DNA from: a virus
Taxonomy: Duplodnaviria > Heunggongvirae > Uroviricota > Caudoviricetes
Length of the DNA stretch: 30,508 nt
Strand: one strand, 5' to 3'
IMG/VR virus record: IMGVR_UViG_3300023181_000001
Span: 1 to 30,508 of that record
A program made the translations under genes and the position numbers. The notes beneath the pieces were generated by a model. It made no database searches, was not told the DNA's origin, and was given only the letters and a program-made list of their open reading frames with translations. Of the stretch, positions 27,568 through 30,508 are shown piece by piece; position 1 is the first letter of the stretch; every line of letters starts with the position of its first letter.

Positions 27568-27802
27568 TCTCCTCCACCCTTCCTACGACTTCCAAATCAG
27601 AGTTTCTTATCCAAAGGCCGTCGATATCTTTAAATTTTATTTTAGGATGCTCGTTCTTAGAAAAAATTAAGACATTATCCCCTTTCTTATAGAAGGAATC
27701 CTCTCCTGCAAATAAAACTTGCACTGTGGAAGATGTCCCCCCCAAAGGTTCTGAGCTTATGTTTGATACGATTAATTTTTTTCCAGGGAATGTCAAGTTC
27801 AT
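27560..27802 (-). CDS. groES: GroES/Cpn10-like co-chaperonin, reduced form
   Basis: Aligns colinearly with GroES: MNLTFPGKKLIV~MNIRPLHDRVIV, VQVLFAG~GEVLAVG, KKGDNVLIF~KVGDIVIF, LWIRNSDL~LIMSESDI. Confidence 0.65.
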   Translation of the reverse strand: MNLTFPGKKLIVSNISSEPLGGTSSTVQVLFAGEDSFYKKGDNVLIFSKNEHPKIKFKDIDGLWIRNSDLEVVGRVEENE

Positions 27803-28115
27803 ATTTATGTGTTTCTATTATTGAATTTATTGATTGCAAAAAATCTTTTCTTCTTTGAATGAATGCGGGTTTTTGACCGAAGGGGAAATCATCAAATTTT
27901 ATGTATCCGATTGATAAGTCTTTGTAAGTGATTATCACAAGTCCTAAATCTTCAACTAATTTTTTAGGTATGAAAACTCCATAATCTCCTTTTAGATAGT
28001 ATCTCATACCTAAATTCTTCTTGTCTAAAAGAAAGTCTTGGCTTAATAATTCCGCTTCTATCAAAAGAATGAACCTCGTATAATATTTTTGCTTTACATT
28101 GTATTTACGCTTCAC
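27687..28115 (-). CDS. Hypothetical protein, first gene of the leftward operon
   Basis: 142-aa open frame from GTG 28115 (ATG near 28007 is an alternative). Its 3' 116 nt overlap the GroES-like gene in another frame. Confidence 0.5.
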   Translation of the reverse strand: MKRKYNVKQKYYTRFILLIEAELLSQDFLLDKKNLGMRYYLKGDYGVFIPKKLVEDLGLVIITYKDLSIGYIKFDDFPFGQKPAFIQRRKDFLQSINSIIETHKYELDIPWKKINRIKHKLRTFGGDIFHSASFICRRGFLL

Positions 28116-28119
28116 TTTA

Positions 28120-28150
28120 CAAAGATATTAATATATAATTTAACAAACAA
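28120..28150 (-). promoter_or_regulatory. Leftward sigma-A promoter at the head of the morphogenesis region
   Basis: Minus strand TTG (28150-28148)-N20-TATCTTTG (28127-28120). Confidence 0.7.
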
Positions 28151-28195
28151 GAAGTTTAACTAAAGTTTAACAGCGATAAATATTCTATTTACTGA

Positions 28196-28227
28196 TTTGC
28201 TTAAAAGAATTAAATTTATTATCTTTG
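28196..28227 (+). promoter_or_regulatory. Rightward sigma-A promoter, divergent from the leftward one
   Basis: TTTG (28196-28199)-N20-TATCTTTG (28220-28227). Confidence 0.8.
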
Positions 28228-28248
28228 TCGGGAGAAAAAAGAAATAAA

Positions 28249-28461
28249 ATGCAAAAAGACAAACTCGGATTCTTCGAGTATAAAGAAGTAATCTACGGTT
28301 TCTTAAATGAACTTATAATAAATTCCTTTGAAGAAGAAAAAAGAGAAGAAATCCTTTATTCGCTTTGGAGCAGTTATTATAGCAGCGAAGTTCGGGAAAT
28401 ATCAATAAAAAGAGATGCTCAGGTCTTAGAAACGGCTTTATTTTTCTTAGTGAAAGGTTAA
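28249..28461 (+). CDS. Hypothetical protein (70 aa, MQKDKLGF...)
   Basis: The track's TTG start (28225) lies inside the -7 box. ATG 28249 follows the A-rich tract AAAGAAATAAA. Confidence 0.6.
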   Translation: MQKDKLGFFEYKEVIYGFLNELIINSFEEEKREEILYSLWSSYYSSEVREISIKRDAQVLETALFFLVKG

Positions 28462-28465
28462 ACTG

Positions 28466-28497
28466 TTTGGAAATTATCTTTTAAATCAGTACTTTTG
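28466..28497 (+). promoter_or_regulatory. Sigma-A promoter for the primase-like gene
   Basis: TTTG (28466-28469)-N20-TACTTTTG (28490-28497). Confidence 0.78.
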
Positions 28498-28533
28498 TAC
28501 GTCAATTAGTAAAATCAGTTGTTGCTTATATTC

Positions 28534-28633
28534 TGGGAGGTTTATAGGAAAGTAACTTTAAAATAAATGATTGCCCTGCGTGATTAAGTCAACCTCCCAT
28601 TTAGACTTGATTATTGTGGGGTTTTTCTATTTT
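28534..28633 (+). promoter_or_regulatory. Structured 5' leader (candidate attenuator/pseudoknot with uORF)
   Basis: TGGGAGGTT (28534-42) is complementary to AACCTCCCA (28591-99). Hairpin 28581-90/28604-13. Alternative stem 28595-600/28616-21 followed by a U-rich tract at 28622-33. uORF at 28567-87. Confidence 0.5.
28567..28587 (+). CDS. Putative 6-aa leader peptide (MIALRD)
   Basis: AAAATAA-ATG ATT GCC CTG CGT GAT TAA: A-rich start context, with the stop codon inside the leader hairpin. It could be chance. Confidence 0.3.
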   Translation: MIALRD

Positions 28634-28637
28634 ATAT

Positions 28638-29831
28638 ATGCTTAAAGAAAAAGATAATTTTTTTGTAAACACTTACAGAAATACAAAATCACCAACTGTA
28701 TTAAATACAATTTCTATTTATGAATGGTTTGAAAAGATCAAATCTTCGGAGTATTGTGATTTGATTACTTCTGCTAGGGAGGATGAAAATATCTATGACA
28801 TTACGAAACTTACCAAAATACCGTGCATAACTGTAAACTACTTATTTGACAAGTACAAGGAAAATAAAAATATAATTGAGGGGACTGGCTTAATGTATAT
28901 AGATATCGACGCGCCTGACTTTGACGTGACCATGTTGGAATTAAGCTCTGTGTTTGCTTTGTACAAATCTTTTGGGGGCAAAGGCTACTCAATCATAGTT
29001 AAAGTAGATGGCTTGACAGACTCAAATTTCAAAGAGACTTATTCCTATATTTGTTACGAGTTGGGTATCTCAGAGTATGTTGATAATTCTGCAATAAAGA
29101 TGACGCAGTTTAATGTATTATCATATGATAAAGATATATTAGTTAATCCTTTATCAAAGATATTTAAGAGTATTAATACCACCCCCCAATCTGAACTAAG
29201 AAGAAGAGAGAAGAAAGCATATAGCACAGAAGGGGGGGTGTTTGATGGAAATATACGTTTTAATAATAAAAATGATTATTTGAAAGATGATACTACTTAT
29301 GTCATAAATACTGACGGTATGCTATTCATAGAATGCAAACCTTTGTTTAAAAGGGTGGACACTAATAGGAATAATATCCTTCTCGCATACTGTACCAACC
29401 TTGTTATTTTAAATCCCCACATCTCTTTCAAGAGAGCTGAGTCAATAATGTCAAGTATAAATTCTCATAACTTTAATAATCCTGTCGATAAAGATTGGAT
29501 AAAAAGAATAGTTATTTCAGTATTTAAATATAAAGAGCAAGGGACTTTAGAACCCATATTTTCAAAGAAAAAAAGAATTGGCCTTTTTGGGAAAGAATGT
29601 GGTTTAGATAAATTGGAAATACTCTCAATAATGAGAGGAGTAATGTCCGAGAAAAGAAAAAAAGAGAGTATTCAAAAGCTTTATCAGATACTTGAAAATT
29701 GGGACTATTCATTTTTCGGAAATGTGTCACAAAAGAAAATATATACTAATTTTCCCATATCAAAAAAGACAGTAGAAAAATATTATAAAATAGTTAAAGA
29801 ACTCTTAAATGACTTTGATAATACATTATAA
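28638..29831 (+). CDS. BT4734/VirE_N-like archaeo-eukaryotic primase (AEP) superfamily protein with PriCT-like and C-terminal HTH-like domains
   Basis: K..IP..T....F, GLMYIDID (motif I DxD), SFGGKG (motif II), VD.S...M.....LS.D..I..N (motif III). RNN.L....TNLV.LN...I..IV.SV.KY is PriCT-like and ISKKTVEKYY is HTH-like. Start set at ATG 28638. Confidence 0.75.
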   Translation: MLKEKDNFFVNTYRNTKSPTVLNTISIYEWFEKIKSSEYCDLITSAREDENIYDITKLTKIPCITVNYLFDKYKENKNIIEGTGLMYIDIDAPDFDVTMLELSSVFALYKSFGGKGYSIIVKVDGLTDSNFKETYSYICYELGISEYVDNSAIKMTQFNVLSYDKDILVNPLSKIFKSINTTPQSELRRREKKAYSTEGGVFDGNIRFNNKNDYLKDDTTYVINTDGMLFIECKPLFKRVDTNRNNILLAYCTNLVILNPHISFKRAESIMSSINSHNFNNPVDKDWIKRIVISVFKYKEQGTLEPIFSKKKRIGLFGKECGLDKLEILSIMRGVMSEKRKKESIQKLYQILENWDYSFFGNVSQKKIYTNFPISKKTVEKYYKIVKELLNDFDNTL

Positions 29832-29844
29832 ATTAGTATTTTTG
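29814..29844 (+). promoter_or_regulatory. Sigma-A promoter upstream of the 74-aa gene and helicase
   Basis: TTTG (29814-29817)-N19-TATTTTTG (29837-29844), spanning the stop codon of the primase-like gene. Confidence 0.65.
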
Positions 29845-29859
29845 ATAAAATTTACATAG

Positions 29860-30084
29860 ATGAAACTTAAAGAAATATATTACACAATAAACGCCCCCGA
29901 AAAGATTGAATATGGAGTTAGGCTTGGTGAAAATAAGGGTAATTCTACAATAACGGAGATATTTATAAACACGGAGTCAAGCGAAGAAATTATAAACAGC
30001 ATGCGTTTTTTTGGAATATCTGAAAGAAAAGATCTAGTAAAGATACTAAAGAAATTAGCGAAAGATATTGAAAATGAGTTATAA
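29860..30084 (+). CDS. Hypothetical protein
   Basis: 74 aa, overlapping the helicase start by 11 nt. Confidence 0.65.
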   Translation: MKLKEIYYTINAPEKIEYGVRLGENKGNSTITEIFINTESSEEIINSMRFFGISERKDLVKILKKLAKDIENEL

Positions 30085-30508
30085 ACTAAGACCAAGACAA
30101 GAAATAGCCGTTAAAAATATGGTTGATTTCGTAAATAATAAAAAGAAAGACAAGGGAATATTCATATATCCTACTAGCTTTGGAAAATCGCTTGTCATCT
30201 CCAATGTAGCTTCTAAATTTCCTGATAAGTACTTTATAAATGTAACTAATTCAAAAGAGCTGGTTTCTCAAAATTATGAAAAGTATATTTCTTATGGTTT
30301 TGAAGCTGATTTGTGTTCCGCCTCCCTTAAGTCAAACTCTGTCGGGAAAGTTACCTTCGCCACAATAGGAACTTTAGTTCAACACTTAAATTTTTTTAAA
30401 GATAAGGATGTAATTATACTCGATGATGAGTGCCATTCGGGTTCGAAAGTTGGCAGTCAGCTAGGAGAATTTATCAAAAAGATTCCAAAGTGTAAGCTTA
30501 TAGGAACC
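30074..30508 (+). CDS. Superfamily 2 DExH helicase (ResIII/RadD-like), 5' part, truncated by the window edge
   Basis: Translated by hand: MSYKLRPRQ (Q motif), YPTSFGKS (Walker A), VTNSKELVSQ (Ia), FATIGT (Ib), ILDDECH (II), LIGT (start of III). Absent from the ORF track because it has no stop in the window. Confidence 0.9.
   Translation, partial: MSYKLRPRQEIAVKNMVDFVNNKKKDKGIFIYPTSFGKSLVISNVASKFPDKYFINVTNSKELVSQNYEKYISYGFEADLCSASLKSNSVGKVTFATIGTLVQHLNFFKDKDVIILDDECHSGSKVGSQLGEFIKKIPKCKLIGT

Larger units (their letters stand above)
1..30508. mobile_element. Segment of a crAss-like (Crassvirales-related) bacteriophage genome: virion morphogenesis module plus start of the replication module
   Basis: Gene order TerL-portal-scaffold-MCP-unknown-ring-large virion protein-hub-fibres, two HU/IHF-like genes and several ring paralogues all match the crAss-like capsid/tail block. 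Bacteroidota-type promoters and A-rich, SD-less start contexts are present. No integrase or host housekeeping genes are seen. Confidence 0.88.

Noticed and set aside
28116-28637. tRNA, CRISPR mini-array or integration site in the intergenic regions
   Set aside because: No cloverleaf or T-loop motif, no regularly spaced 25-40-nt repeats and no integrase were seen.
28600-28800. Antisense promoter for a counter-transcript to the structured leader
   Set aside because: No minus-strand TAnnTTTG match was found just downstream of the leader, so antisense control is unsupported here.
28810-30095. Minus-strand ORFs 28810-28992, 29524-29730 and 29880-30095
   Set aside because: They are antisense shadows of the primase-like and 74-aa genes, with no supporting features.
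1-30508. Stop-codon reassignment (TAG=Gln or TGA=Trp) as in some crAss-like phages
   Set aside because: Long genes are intact in the standard code. TAG (583, 11825) and TGA (3947, 4591) end genes exactly where the next gene starts.

Overview
This window is an AT-rich segment of a lytic, crAss-like (Crassvirales-related) podophage of a Bacteroidota host, probably flavobacterial. Positions 1-28115 are one minus-strand morphogenesis region. In transcription order it holds: a GroES-like gene, a wHTH, an HU/IHF-like gene, a Cys4 protein, a DUF1573-like Ig protein, three unknowns, terminase large subunit, portal, scaffold-like protein, major capsid protein, a conserved unknown, a ring protein, a 740-aa virion protein, a hub-like protein and several tail fibres/spikes (one with an SGNH esterase, one with a beta-helix). 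A lysis cassette (M15 endolysin plus five membrane proteins) sits among the fibre genes, followed by more ring and HU-like genes. From 28249 the + strand begins a replication module with a BT4734/VirE_N-type primase-like gene and a truncated SF2 helicase. Six promoters match the Bacteroidota sigma-A consensus (TTTG/TTG-N19-20-TAnnTTTG) and a seventh has only the -7 box. TAA, TAG and TGA all act as stops, so there is no sign of recoding. The best candidate for an undescribed system is the ~135-nt leader of the primase-like gene: a 6-codon uORF plus three competing pairings (pseudoknot, antiterminator, terminator). Other leads are a minimal GroES lacking the roof hairpin and most of the mobile loop, a possible one-piece spanin with C-terminal beta-strands, a ~210-aa N-terminal extension on TerL, and a Cys-rich N-terminal module shared by three tail-region proteins. 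All family assignments come from motif recognition by eye; no database search was run.
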